Shown here in pieces: positions 1 to 7,517 of a DNA stretch of 41,666 nucleotides (the stretch's first letter is position 1; each line of letters begins with the position of its first letter). Made by a program: the position numbers and the translations under genes. A model generated the notes under the pieces. The model did no database searches. It was given only the letters and a program-made list of their open reading frames with translations, and was not told the DNA's origin. This DNA is from a virus. Taxonomy: Duplodnaviria; Caudoviricetes. The stretch lies in the IMG/VR virus record IMGVR_UViG_3300043177_000003, positions 1 to 41,666 of that record; one strand, written 5' to 3'.

Positions 1-1
1 C

Positions 2-109
2 TCCAAAAATAAACTCACAGGAGATGAGGACACTGACCCAAGCTATCGCCACGCTAAAATAGAAGTTCTGATTAGACCGGAGATTGCTAGATATGAAGAC
101 GTGAATTGA
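2..109 (+). CDS. C-terminal fragment of probable DnaB-like replicative helicase (truncated by window start)
   Basis: Manual translation SKNKLTGDEDTDPSYRHAKIEVLIRPEIARYEDVN*. The terminal xKNK motif resembles phage SF4 helicase C-termini, and it lies upstream of DNA pol. Confidence 0.6.
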   Translation, partial: SKNKLTGDEDTDPSYRHAKIEVLIRPEIARYEDVN

Positions 110-196
110 GTTATCTATAGAAATACGGCTGGAATCCTTCACGCAAACAGCGAAGGATTTGCAGCTTCGTTTTCTAACCGACGCCGCGAGGAAAAG

Positions 197-1015
197 ATGA
201 AAGCGAAAAAAGGAAGCGTGAATATTCTAGCTTGGCACTTTGTTGGCAATACGTTGCTCGACGGCCGTCCCGTGCCGGCCGATGGCGAAGTGTTGCGTTT
301 TGATGGCGTGCCAATCATATGCAATAGAGGTTTGCACGCGAGCATCGATCCGTTCGACGCCTTGCGGTACGCGCCCGGTCCGATCCTCTGCCGGGTGCTG
401 CTCGGAGGGACAGTTCTCAACGGTTACGACAAGCTCGTTGGCACCGAGCGCACGATCATCGCCCGAATTGATGCCACGGAACTGCTGCGCTATTTCGCCC
501 GGATGCAAGCGGTTGCCGTCTTACACCTATGGAACGGCAATCCTCCAGACGTGGTACTTGATTACCTGATGACCGGAGATGATTCGGCACGGGACGCGGC
601 ATGGACTGCGGCACGGGACGCGGCGTGGCATGCAGCAACGGCCGCGGCAACGGCTGCGGCAACGGCCGCGGCGTCGGCTGCGGCGTCGGGTACGGCATGG
701 ACTGCGGCAACGGCCGCGGCGTGGCATGCAGCAACGGCCGCGGCGTCGGCCGCGGCAACGGCTGCGGCAACGGCTGCGGCGTCGGGTACGGCGTGGCATG
801 CAGCAACGGCCGCGGCAACGGCTGCGGCACGGGACGCGGCGTGGCATACGGCGTCGGCTGCGGTGTCGGGTACGGCGTGGACTGCGGCACGGGACGCGGC
901 GTGGCATGCGGCACGGGACGCGGCGTGGCATGCAGCAACGGCCGCGGCAACGGCTGCAGCAACGGCTGCGGCACGGGCTGACTTTAATGCACTGGTTAAT
1001 GAGGCATTTTCATGA
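197..1015 (+). CDS. Phage protein with N-terminal GLHAS-motif domain and Ala-rich tetrapeptide repeat
   Basis: GAGG RBS upstream. AWHFVG...ICNRGLHAS.DPFDALRYAPG domain followed by AAxx repeats. Visibly GC-richer than its flanks. Confidence 0.8.
   Translation: MKAKKGSVNILAWHFVGNTLLDGRPVPADGEVLRFDGVPIICNRGLHASIDPFDALRYAPGPILCRVLLGGTVLNGYDKLVGTERTIIARIDATELLRYFARMQAVAVLHLWNGNPPDVVLDYLMTGDDSARDAAWTAARDAAWHAATAAATAAATAAASAAASGTAWTAATAAAWHAATAAASAAATAAATAAASGTAWHAATAAATAAARDAAWHTASAAVSGTAWTAARDAAWHAARDAAWHAATAAATAAATAAARADFNALVNEAFS
584..979 (+). repeat. Coding 12-nt minisatellite, about 33 units (AARD/AAWH/AAWT/AATA/AASA/AASG/TAWT variants)
   Basis: Units counted by hand from the translation; recurring DNA units such as gcggcacgggac, gcggcgtggcat, gcggcaacggct. 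Confidence 0.95.
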
Positions 1016-1090
1016 TCCGCCGATAGAGGAGTGACGATCTTCTAATTTTCCCGAGTCTGAAACACGAGATAGTTAAACAGGAGATTAAAC

Positions 1091-1384
1091 TTGTATAGGA
1101 ACAAAAAATTACTGGAGGTGGTACGTGAAGCTCCCTGCCAATTATGCGGATGTCAGGATGGAACAGTTGTTGCAGCGCATTCAAACCAACTACGAGATGG
1201 CAAAGGACGAGGAATCAAGGCGCATGATTATCGTATTGCTGCGCTTTGCTTCCGATGCCATACAAGACTTGACCAAGGGAGAGACGATTCAAAAAAAAAC
1301 CGTATACAACTTTGGGAAGAGGGTCACAGAAGGACTATCGGATGGCTCTTTGAATCCGGACGACTGGAGTTGACTAAGACTTAA
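1091..1384 (+). CDS. YbcO/DUF1364-like Zn-binding HNH-fold nuclease-domain protein
   Basis: CQLC, TVVAAHSN, GKGRGIKAHD and CFRCH motifs; AGGAG RBS before TTG start. Confidence 0.75.
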   Translation: MYRNKKLLEVVREAPCQLCGCQDGTVVAAHSNQLRDGKGRGIKAHDYRIAALCFRCHTRLDQGRDDSKKNRIQLWEEGHRRTIGWLFESGRLELTKT

Positions 1385-1398
1385 AGGTGTGATATAAT
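1370..1398 (+). promoter_or_regulatory. Sigma70-type promoter for the DNA polymerase operon
   Basis: TTGACT (1370-1375), 17-nt spacer ending in TGn, TATAAT (1393-1398); GGGAGGT RBS follows at 1412-1418. Confidence 0.85.
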
Positions 1399-1423
1399 AA
1401 AAGGTAAATTAGGGAGGTAGTTT

Positions 1424-2530
1424 ACGATCCTGATAATTGATACTGAAAATGACACTTACAATAAGGGCAGTCCATTTGATACCCGGTTTAATCCGGTTTG
1501 CATAGGGTGGAAGTATGGAGACGAAAGAGGTGTTATCTGGGAACGAAAGTGGATCCATAATCTGGAAAGATTATGTTCAACTAAAGGGGGAACGATCTGT
1601 GGATTTAACCTCAAATACGACCTCCACGTACTCAGGAAATGGGGACTCAAGCTTGACCTTTCTCGTGTCTGGTGCTGCCAAGTCGCTGAGTATCTCTTGG
1701 AAAGACAGTCGAAGCCCTATCCAAGTCTTGACGGAACTGCTGCAAAGTATGGACTGGGAGCAAAACTAGACAAGATAAGGGAGTACTGGGAACGGGGGGT
1801 CCAGACATCTGAGATTCCCCGAGATGAACTTGCTGAGTATGTTCTACAGGATGTAGAGCTTACTCACCAAATTTATCTTAAACAACAACAACAAATCAAA
1901 CCGCAGCAAGCTGCTCTATTCCGTCTAGCGATGCTAGACCTCCTCTGCCTAGAGGAAATTGAATGGAACGGCCTTAAGTATGACCGCTCGGGAATAGAAA
2001 AAGAGCAAAAACAAATTGAGACCGAGATTTCTGACATTCAATCCAAACTCAATCTCTATCATTCCGTACCTAATTTTAACTGGAGTTCTTCTGACCATCT
2101 ATCTGCCCTTCTGTTTGGTGGAACTATTAAAGAGGAAGTTAGGGTTCCAGACGGGCACTACAAGTCCGGAAAGAGGGCAGGAGAAGTAAAGTATAAAAAG
2201 GAGATACGCGAGCATCATCTTCCAAGACTATTCAAACCTAACAAGAAAACCGAGGGAGGTAAACTATCCACTGACGAAGATAGCCTGATGCAACTTGGGG
2301 ATTCCGATATTGTCAAGGGGATTCTCCGGATAAAAGAACTACAGAAACTAAACTCCACTTATTTTGGGGGGTTTTTGGAGAAAGCAGAGAGTCTATATTT
2401 TGAACCTAACTACATACATGCTAACTTTAATCAAGTGGTTACGAGGACAGGTCGGTTATCAAGCACGAAGCCTAACCTTCAAAACACACCAGAGCAACTT
2501 GATGCCCACTTCATATCAAGATTTGGATAA
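1424..2530 (+). CDS. DNA polymerase family A, N-terminal part (3'-5' exonuclease, thumb, start of palm); inferred ACG start
   Basis: The frame of track ORF 1697..2530 stays open back to 1421 and adds ExoI (ILIIDTE) and ExoII (GFNLKYD). ExoIII YVLQD and TRTGRLSSTKPNLQN lie downstream. Confidence 0.85.
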   Translation, partial: TILIIDTENDTYNKGSPFDTRFNPVCIGWKYGDERGVIWERKWIHNLERLCSTKGGTICGFNLKYDLHVLRKWGLKLDLSRVWCCQVAEYLLERQSKPYPSLDGTAAKYGLGAKLDKIREYWERGVQTSEIPRDELAEYVLQDVELTHQIYLKQQQQIKPQQAALFRLAMLDLLCLEEIEWNGLKYDRSGIEKEQKQIETEISDIQSKLNLYHSVPNFNWSSSDHLSALLFGGTIKEEVRVPDGHYKSGKRAGEVKYKKEIREHHLPRLFKPNKKTEGGKLSTDEDSLMQLGDSDIVKGILRIKELQKLNSTYFGGFLEKAESLYFEPNYIHANFNQVVTRTGRLSSTKPNLQNTPEQLDAHFISRFG

Positions 2531-2774
2531 ATATAAAAAGGCTGTGGAGGATATGGCGAATCTTATCCGGGTATTTGGTGCTAGGGAAGTCTTGCTTGAC
2601 CTACACCTATTCTTTCCCGATGAGTATGAGGATATGATAAAAGCCTTGGAACAGGGGATTAAGACAAAACAATTGGCGAGGCTATTGGATGCTAGTGAAA
2701 GTAGACGCTGCGGGATTAGAGTGGAGGACCCTAGCATGGTTAGCAAACGACAAGATAGCGATAGAGGAGATTAA
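2502..2774 (+). CDS. Hypothetical protein lying between and overlapping the two Pol A halves
   Basis: MPTSYQDLDKYKKAVEDMANLIRVFG... fills the gap between the polymerase parts; start codon uncertain. Confidence 0.55.
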   Translation: MPTSYQDLDKYKKAVEDMANLIRVFGAREVLLDLHLFFPDEYEDMIKALEQGIKTKQLARLLDASESRRCGIRVEDPSMVSKRQDSDRGD

Positions 2775-3405
2775 TAGTGGTATTGACTTCCATGCGAAAA
2801 ACCAAGAGTACTTTAAGTTGCCAAGCAGGCTCATTGCCAAGATCTATCTCTTCCGTACTATATATCGTGGATCGGGATGGGCTTTCTCTAAAGACCCTGC
2901 TTTCAACCACGTCTCTACTGATCCTGATTATTGGGATAACCTTAATCGAATGTTTTATAGAAAATATCGCGGAATTGACGAATGCCATACCCGGTGGGCG
3001 CAACTTGTATTGACAAAGAAACCGATAGTGAGTCCTCTTGGGAGAGAGTGGATGATCCATCTAAACGAAGATGGCAAGCTACCGTGGACAGTCTTAACCA
3101 ACTATCCGGTACAGGGAACTGGAGCGGACGTAGTGTGTATAGCACGTCTGTCTCTCCGGAGAAGACTACGGGAGGGGAATTTTCAGTCACTTTTGATTGG
3201 GACCGTACACGACGATATCCGTTTGGATTGCCCGAGTGGGGAGGTGGACGAGGTAGCGCAAATATGTTATAGCGTATTTGATGATATAACCAAGAACATA
3301 AAACGAATCTGGAACGTAGATGTTCCTGTTCAATTCCCCGGAGAGGTTTATAAGGGGAACAACTTTAGAGATCTGGAGTTAGTACAGCGTGAATATAAAC
3401 ATTGA
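2689..3405 (+). CDS. DNA polymerase family A, C-terminal catalytic part
   Basis: Motif A DAAGLEWR, motif B RLIAKIYLFRTIY, NYPVQGTGAD, motif C TVHDD; GAGG RBS at 2678-2681. Confidence 0.9.
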   Translation: MLVKVDAAGLEWRTLAWLANDKIAIEEINSGIDFHAKNQEYFKLPSRLIAKIYLFRTIYRGSGWAFSKDPAFNHVSTDPDYWDNLNRMFYRKYRGIDECHTRWAQLVLTKKPIVSPLGREWMIHLNEDGKLPWTVLTNYPVQGTGADVVCIARLSLRRRLREGNFQSLLIGTVHDDIRLDCPSGEVDEVAQICYSVFDDITKNIKRIWNVDVPVQFPGEVYKGNNFRDLELVQREYKH

Positions 3406-3877
3406 AGTAGTAGACGTTACTGTGGAGTCAGTTCCACGTCCCAGCGGTAAAGGTAATTATGAGAAGATGACTGTCGTATTCAAAGGGTATGACAATAAAG
3501 TGGAGTCCAAGTCACTTATGGATTGGGCTACGAACAAGGAGGTGTGGAATGTTCTAGTGAACAGTAAGAAAGGTGATACGTTTGCTATAGAAAGGGAGAA
3601 AGATAATAAGGGGTATTGGAATTGGACAGGAATTGCCAAGCAGGATATGCCGGTTACGAAGTCCGAGCCTGCCAAGGCATTCTCCAAGCCCACATATGAA
3701 ACCCCAGAAGAACGTGCTCAGCGGCAGGTATACATCATTCGTCAGTCCTCACTTACTAATGCTGTAAACCTACTTGGTCCCAAGGCCAAGGTACAGGACG
3801 TAATTAACGTAGCCGATGAGTTCGTAAACTACGTACTCCAGAGCGGAGTAGAACATCTAACAGATGATCCAGTCTAA
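3389..3877 (+). CDS. Putative single-stranded DNA-binding protein
   Basis: Beta-rich OB-like N-terminus, acidic tail DDPV, position between Pol and exonuclease; function is inferred. Confidence 0.5.
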   Translation: MNINIEVVDVTVESVPRPSGKGNYEKMTVVFKGYDNKVESKSLMDWATNKEVWNVLVNSKKGDTFAIEREKDNKGYWNWTGIAKQDMPVTKSEPAKAFSKPTYETPEERAQRQVYIIRQSSLTNAVNLLGPKAKVQDVINVADEFVNYVLQSGVEHLTDDPV

Positions 3878-3886
3878 GGAGACCAC

Positions 3887-4057
3887 ATGTTTCTAATTTT
3901 CAAGAATAACCGCCCAGCGGGTAACATCAAATTCACCACCTATGAGACAGCACGTCAGGCCGTACGTAAACGCCTACGTAAACTGGTGTCTTGGCGTAAC
4001 AAGGGGCAACCCAGTATTCCAATGACTACTCTAGGTTATGAGATCCGTAAAGTATGA
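3887..4057 (+). CDS. Small basic hypothetical protein (56 aa), not in ORF track
   Basis: AAGGAG RBS; MFLIFKNNRPAGNIKFTTYETARQAVRKRLRKLVSWRNKGQPSIPMTTLGYEIRKV*. Confidence 0.75.
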   Translation: MFLIFKNNRPAGNIKFTTYETARQAVRKRLRKLVSWRNKGQPSIPMTTLGYEIRKV

Positions 4058-4134
4058 TAGAGTATTCAAATAATCTGGAGCAAGTTTATTGGACATCAAT
4101 ATTTCTGATCTCAGAGATGCAATGAATTACTAAC

Positions 4135-4150
4135 GCCCCCTAAAGGGGGC
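4135..4150 (+). other. GC-rich hairpin (possible weak terminator or mRNA-stabilising stem)
   Basis: GCCCCC-TAAA-GGGGGC in intergenic DNA, without a clear U-tract. Confidence 0.5.
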
Positions 4151-4236
4151 AGTTATCGGCTGCTCCGGACCTTTGTAAACCGGACAAGATAAGACCAAAG
4201 ACAGCGCCGGATGCGTAACCGGCTATTCGAGGGAAT

Positions 4237-5007
4237 ATGAAGATATCTTTGATTGATGGAGACATAGTAGCTTACCGCTGTGCAGCATCGGTGATGGCTA
4301 CGAAGTCCAAAGAGAGGGAGCCGGATGAACTGGCAATCCTTCGACTGGATGAACTTATGTATCGTATCCTGAATGATACACAATCCAGTGAGTATAAGTT
4401 GTATATCTCAGGGAGTGAGAACTTTCGGAAGATCCTATATCCGGCATATAAAGCTAATCGCACCCAGCCTATTCCACATATGCTAGGGCCATGTCAGGAG
4501 TTTCTATTCAATGAATGGAAGGCTAAGTTTACGGAAGGGTATGAGGCGGATGATGCCATTGGAATGGAACATGATCCGGATATAACAATTGTGTGTTCCA
4601 TAGACAAGGACTTAAAACAATTGCCCGGAGAGCACTACAATTTCGTTAAGATAGAGTGGGACGTTATAGACGAAGAGACAGCGGAAAGGAACTTCTGGAC
4701 CCAGATGCTTGTCGGAGATACATCCGATAATATCAGGGGTGTGGATGGAATCGGACCTGTGAAAGCAAAAAGAATATTGGACGGAAACCACGATATGTAC
4801 GGAACAGTACGCGATATATACAACGATGACGAACGCTTTCTAATGAACTTCCGGTTACTACGCATCCTGCGTAACCCGGTAGAGTACGAACATATCCTAA
4901 AGGAGATCGAGAATAAAAACAGCCTCAGCGAAAGCGAAGGGGAGAGCCCTAGCGAAGATAGTGGCGGCGAAGCTACTGGAGTTGTATCCGAGTCTAACCT
5001 CGAATGA
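4237..5007 (+). CDS. 5'-3' exonuclease (T7 gp6/FEN-like)
   Basis: LIDGDIVAY, YKANR, EADDAIG, SIDKDL and GDTSDNIRGVDGIG motifs. Confidence 0.92.
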   Translation: MKISLIDGDIVAYRCAASVMATKSKEREPDELAILRLDELMYRILNDTQSSEYKLYISGSENFRKILYPAYKANRTQPIPHMLGPCQEFLFNEWKAKFTEGYEADDAIGMEHDPDITIVCSIDKDLKQLPGEHYNFVKIEWDVIDEETAERNFWTQMLVGDTSDNIRGVDGIGPVKAKRILDGNHDMYGTVRDIYNDDERFLMNFRLLRILRNPVEYEHILKEIENKNSLSESEGESPSEDSGGEATGVVSESNLE

Positions 5008-5275
5008 TATACGTGCTACTCCAAGTGGAGTTACAGGACCAGATCTCCTACTTTCTCAAGCCGCTAAGGTTCTGGTTCCGGCTGCCATCGAATGCAAAAA
5101 TCACAAAAGTTTCGCTATTTATAAACACTACGACCAAGCAAGATCCCATGTTAAAGGATCTGAATTTCCTATGCTCGTTATCAGACAGAATCGTTCCGAG
5201 CCATTGGTATGCGTCAGTTTGAATGATTTCATAAGGATACTTAGTGGAAGTCAAAAAAGTAATAAGAACCAGTAA
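4913..5275 (+). CDS. Holliday junction resolvase-like PD-(D/E)xK nuclease; inferred ATA start
   Basis: GVTGPD...IECKN motif. The frame is open from ATA 4913 (xKTASAKAKGR), with AAGGAG 7 nt upstream and an in-frame TAA at 4898. Confidence 0.75.
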   Translation: MKTASAKAKGRALAKIVAAKLLELYPSLTSNDIRATPSGVTGPDLLLSQAAKVLVPAAIECKNHKSFAIYKHYDQARSHVKGSEFPMLVIRQNRSEPLVCVSLNDFIRILSGSQKSNKNQ

Positions 5276-5435
5276 AGGAGACTTCACATTTGAGGGTACT
5301 CTTTCTCAAGAGGAACTAGATATTATCATTACGGTGGGTATCGGGGTTCTTCTTGAGAAAGGGGCTATGCCCCTATTGGGAATAGATGACGGAGAGGAAT
5401 GTAAGCTCGTTATTCCAGATGGAGGAATGCAGTGA
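5244..5435 (+). CDS. Hypothetical protein
   Basis: AAGGA RBS and GTG start; overlaps both neighbours. Confidence 0.65.
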   Translation: MEVKKVIRTSKGDFTFEGTLSQEELDIIITVGIGVLLEKGAMPLLGIDDGEECKLVIPDGGMQ

Positions 5436-5608
5436 AAATCCGGGCAACTATGTATAAGGATGATTGGTATCCAGTATATTTCATGTCGCCACTTGAAGTA
5501 TGGGGTACTCCTGTAGATATGGAATACGAAGATTATCTAACTGGAGTGATTTATGACAATCTTATGTTAGAAGCAAACGACTATTTATGTAAACTCTATG
5601 GCGACTAA
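5432..5608 (+). CDS. Small acidic hypothetical protein (58 aa), not in ORF track
   Basis: GGAGG RBS and GTGA overlap; MKIRATMYKDDWYPVYFMSPLEVWGTPVDMEYEDY...KLYGD*. Confidence 0.65.
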   Translation: MKIRATMYKDDWYPVYFMSPLEVWGTPVDMEYEDYLTGVIYDNLMLEANDYLCKLYGD

Positions 5609-6377
5609 AGAGATAGAAAGGATATTGGTTATACCGGATACTCAGGTTAAGCCTAACGTACCCCTAGACCATTTCCATTGGATAGGTAACTATATTGCAG
5701 CCAAGCAACCGGAAGTGATCGTTCATATAGGTGACTTTGCAGATATGCCAAGTCTATCTTCTTATGACCAAGGTAAGAAGTCGTTTGAGGGGAGAAGGTA
5801 TGTCAAGGATGTGGAGTCAGTAGTCAAGGCACAGGAGATTCTCTTTGAACCAATCGCAAAGCTCAACCGAGAACGAAAAGCAGCTAGGAAGGCTCTATAT
5901 AGACCTAGGCTTGTCCTTACCCTTGGAAACCATGAGCAACGAATTAACCGGGCTGTGGACGATGATCCTAAACTTGAAGGCGTCATATCCATCAATGACC
6001 TGCACTACCGTGATTTTGGATGGGAAGTCTTCCCATATCTGGAGGTCATTATCATTGGTGGAGTTGCCTTTTCTCACTACTTTACGAGCGGGATCCTTGG
6101 CAGACCAGTTACAAGTCCGCAAACTCTTTTAGCCAAGAAGCACATGTCCTGTGTCATGGGCCATGTTCAAGTGGATGGAATCGCCTCTCAGTATCGAGCG
6201 GACGGTAAACGAATCACAGCGATCTTCGCAGGTTCGTGTTACCTCCATGATGAAGATTATCTCAACCCACAAGGCAACAAGACTTGGAAAGGGATCTGGA
6301 TGCTACACGATGTAATAGACGGGGAGTTCGATGTTATGCCAGTAGCCCTTAAATATCTGAAGAAAAAGTATTCATGA
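5598..6377 (+). CDS. Calcineurin-like metallophosphoesterase
   Basis: VIPDTQ, HIGDFAD, LGNHE, FSHY and MGHVQ motifs. Confidence 0.9.
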   Translation: MATKEIERILVIPDTQVKPNVPLDHFHWIGNYIAAKQPEVIVHIGDFADMPSLSSYDQGKKSFEGRRYVKDVESVVKAQEILFEPIAKLNRERKAARKALYRPRLVLTLGNHEQRINRAVDDDPKLEGVISINDLHYRDFGWEVFPYLEVIIIGGVAFSHYFTSGILGRPVTSPQTLLAKKHMSCVMGHVQVDGIASQYRADGKRITAIFAGSCYLHDEDYLNPQGNKTWKGIWMLHDVIDGEFDVMPVALKYLKKKYS

Positions 6378-6432
6378 AGATCATTCGTGATACATTTAGC
6401 CCCTTTTTCACTTGGGTGGGGAGGATATTCTA

Positions 6433-6591
6433 ATGCCATGTAATATGTTCTTAAGTAAGAAAGGTGCGTCGATAGTCTTGGATGACTACGAGAGCACTGA
6501 GTTATTTGACCAATGTGACCCATGGGTGGGGTTCCCGGGATATCCGGAGAAACCTCATTTTGATTGGGTTGATTATTTTGAGGAGAAATAA
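6433..6591 (+). CDS. Small hypothetical protein (52 aa), not in ORF track
   Basis: GGAGG RBS; MPCNMFLSKKGASIVLDDYESTELFDQCDPWVGFPGYPEKPHFDWVDYFEEK*; TAATG coupling to the holin. Confidence 0.6.
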   Translation: MPCNMFLSKKGASIVLDDYESTELFDQCDPWVGFPGYPEKPHFDWVDYFEEK

Positions 6592-7034
6592 TGGCTTTAC
6601 CAGCACCCCTGATAGCTTTCCTTTTTGATGCAGGAAAGACCCTAATTGACCGGATCTTTCCGGATAAAGAAAAGCAGGCCAAAGAACGAGCCGAAGCTGA
6701 ACTTGCTTTACTTCAACTAACCCAATCCGAGCGGATGGCAGACAAGGCTCAAGAGACTCAACTAGCCTTGGCTCAGATTGATGTAAACAAGGAGGAAGCT
6801 AAAAGCGCATCTCTGTTCGTAGCTGGCTGGAGACCGGCTATTGGGTGGGTGTGTGCTCTTACCTTCGGCTATACTTTCCTTGCTGGTCCCTTTCTGACAC
6901 AGATATCGTCTGCCTATGGATACTCTTTCCCTCTTCCCCCAATTGATATGGACAATATGCTATACGTTCTTGGGGGTATGCTTGGCCTCGGTGGTCTACG
7001 CACTTATGAGAAACTTAATAAGGTGGCTCGATGA
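6591..7034 (+). CDS. Putative holin, GTA holin 3TM (DUF3154)-like
   Basis: SLFVAGWRPAIGWVC and MLGLGGLRTYEK family motifs with hydrophobic segments. Confidence 0.8.
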   Translation: MALPAPLIAFLFDAGKTLIDRIFPDKEKQAKERAEAELALLQLTQSERMADKAQETQLALAQIDVNKEEAKSASLFVAGWRPAIGWVCALTFGYTFLAGPFLTQISSAYGYSFPLPPIDMDNMLYVLGGMLGLGGLRTYEKLNKVAR

Positions 7035-7222
7035 CTCTGGAGGACATCAAGAAAGCCCTCGCAAAGATGGATGAGATCACTCTTCTGGAGATTCTGGATA
7101 TTTCTTCGGAGGATTTGGTAAACAGGTTCTCCGATTTCATAGAGTACCGGGCGGATGAACTGGAAGAGGATTTGGAGGCTGACATAGATTTCTATGATGG
7201 ACAACAAGAAGAAGATAGCTAA
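7031..7222 (+). CDS. Small acidic phage hypothetical protein
   Basis: AAGGTGG RBS and ATGA overlap; MTLEDIKKAL..DEITLLEILDISSEDLVNRF. Confidence 0.75.
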   Translation: MTLEDIKKALAKMDEITLLEILDISSEDLVNRFSDFIEYRADELEEDLEADIDFYDGQQEEDS

Positions 7223-7372
7223 GCGAAAATATGATAAACTCTATGCTATAGACTGAATCACCTTAAATTTTATAACTGGGAACTTATAGAACCAGAACTT
7301 GTCAATTGTATTCTGCTATGTGCTAACTGCCATAGAATTGAGCACCATGGAAAAAAAGATACATCGGATTAA
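7194..7372 (+). pseudogene. HNH endonuclease remnant with internal deletion and frameshift
   Basis: MMDNKKKIAKRKYDKLYAID* (7194-7256), then in another frame HLKFYNWELIEPELVNCILLCANCHRIEHHGKKDTSD* (7259-7372). The first CxxC and the catalytic His segment are missing. Confidence 0.7.
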
Positions 7373-7517
7373 GAAAGACCAGAAAAAACATAACCACCGT
7401 GAGGCGGTTAAGGGTCATTTCACGAAAAAGCACTTTGTAAACACTGTCCGAACAAAGGAAGCGGAGGAAGAAATAAAGAACATGAGAGATGAGGGTCATC
7501 GTCGCGGGAAGTCGTAA
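7347..7517 (+). CDS. Small basic hypothetical protein
   Basis: MEKKIHRIKKDQKK... overlaps both neighbours; ATG 7347 preferred over the track's TTG 7299. Confidence 0.5.
   Translation: MEKKIHRIKKDQKKHNHREAVKGHFTKKHFVNTVRTKEAEEEIKNMRDEGHRRGKS

Noticed and set aside
105-200. 31-codon frame from ATT 105 ending in an ATGA overlap (possible fourth near-cognate start)
   Set aside because: No convincing RBS and no recognisable protein pattern.
584-979. Possible CRISPR array
   Set aside because: The units are contiguous and in frame, with no unique spacers.
227-1034. Multiple long ORFs in other frames over the Ala-rich gene
   Set aside because: Shadow frames caused by a stop-free GC-rich 12-nt repeat; only 197..1015 has an RBS and a non-repeat domain.
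1412-1423. TAG reassignment or readthrough extending Pol upstream
   Set aside because: Long genes translate fully with the standard code, and the promoter and RBS lie directly upstream, leaving no room for an extension.
2525-2691. T4 gene 60-like ribosomal bypass (GGA-TAA take-off, in-frame GGA at 2656) or intron joining the Pol halves
   Set aside because: No take-off hairpin or group I/II core seen; part 2 has its own RBS and ATG; joining at the TTGGAT repeat gives an immediate stop. Not formally excluded.
4155-4225. tRNA-Tyr-like look (TTGTAAA loop)
   Set aside because: No valid anticodon stem, T-arm GTTCRA or acceptor stem.
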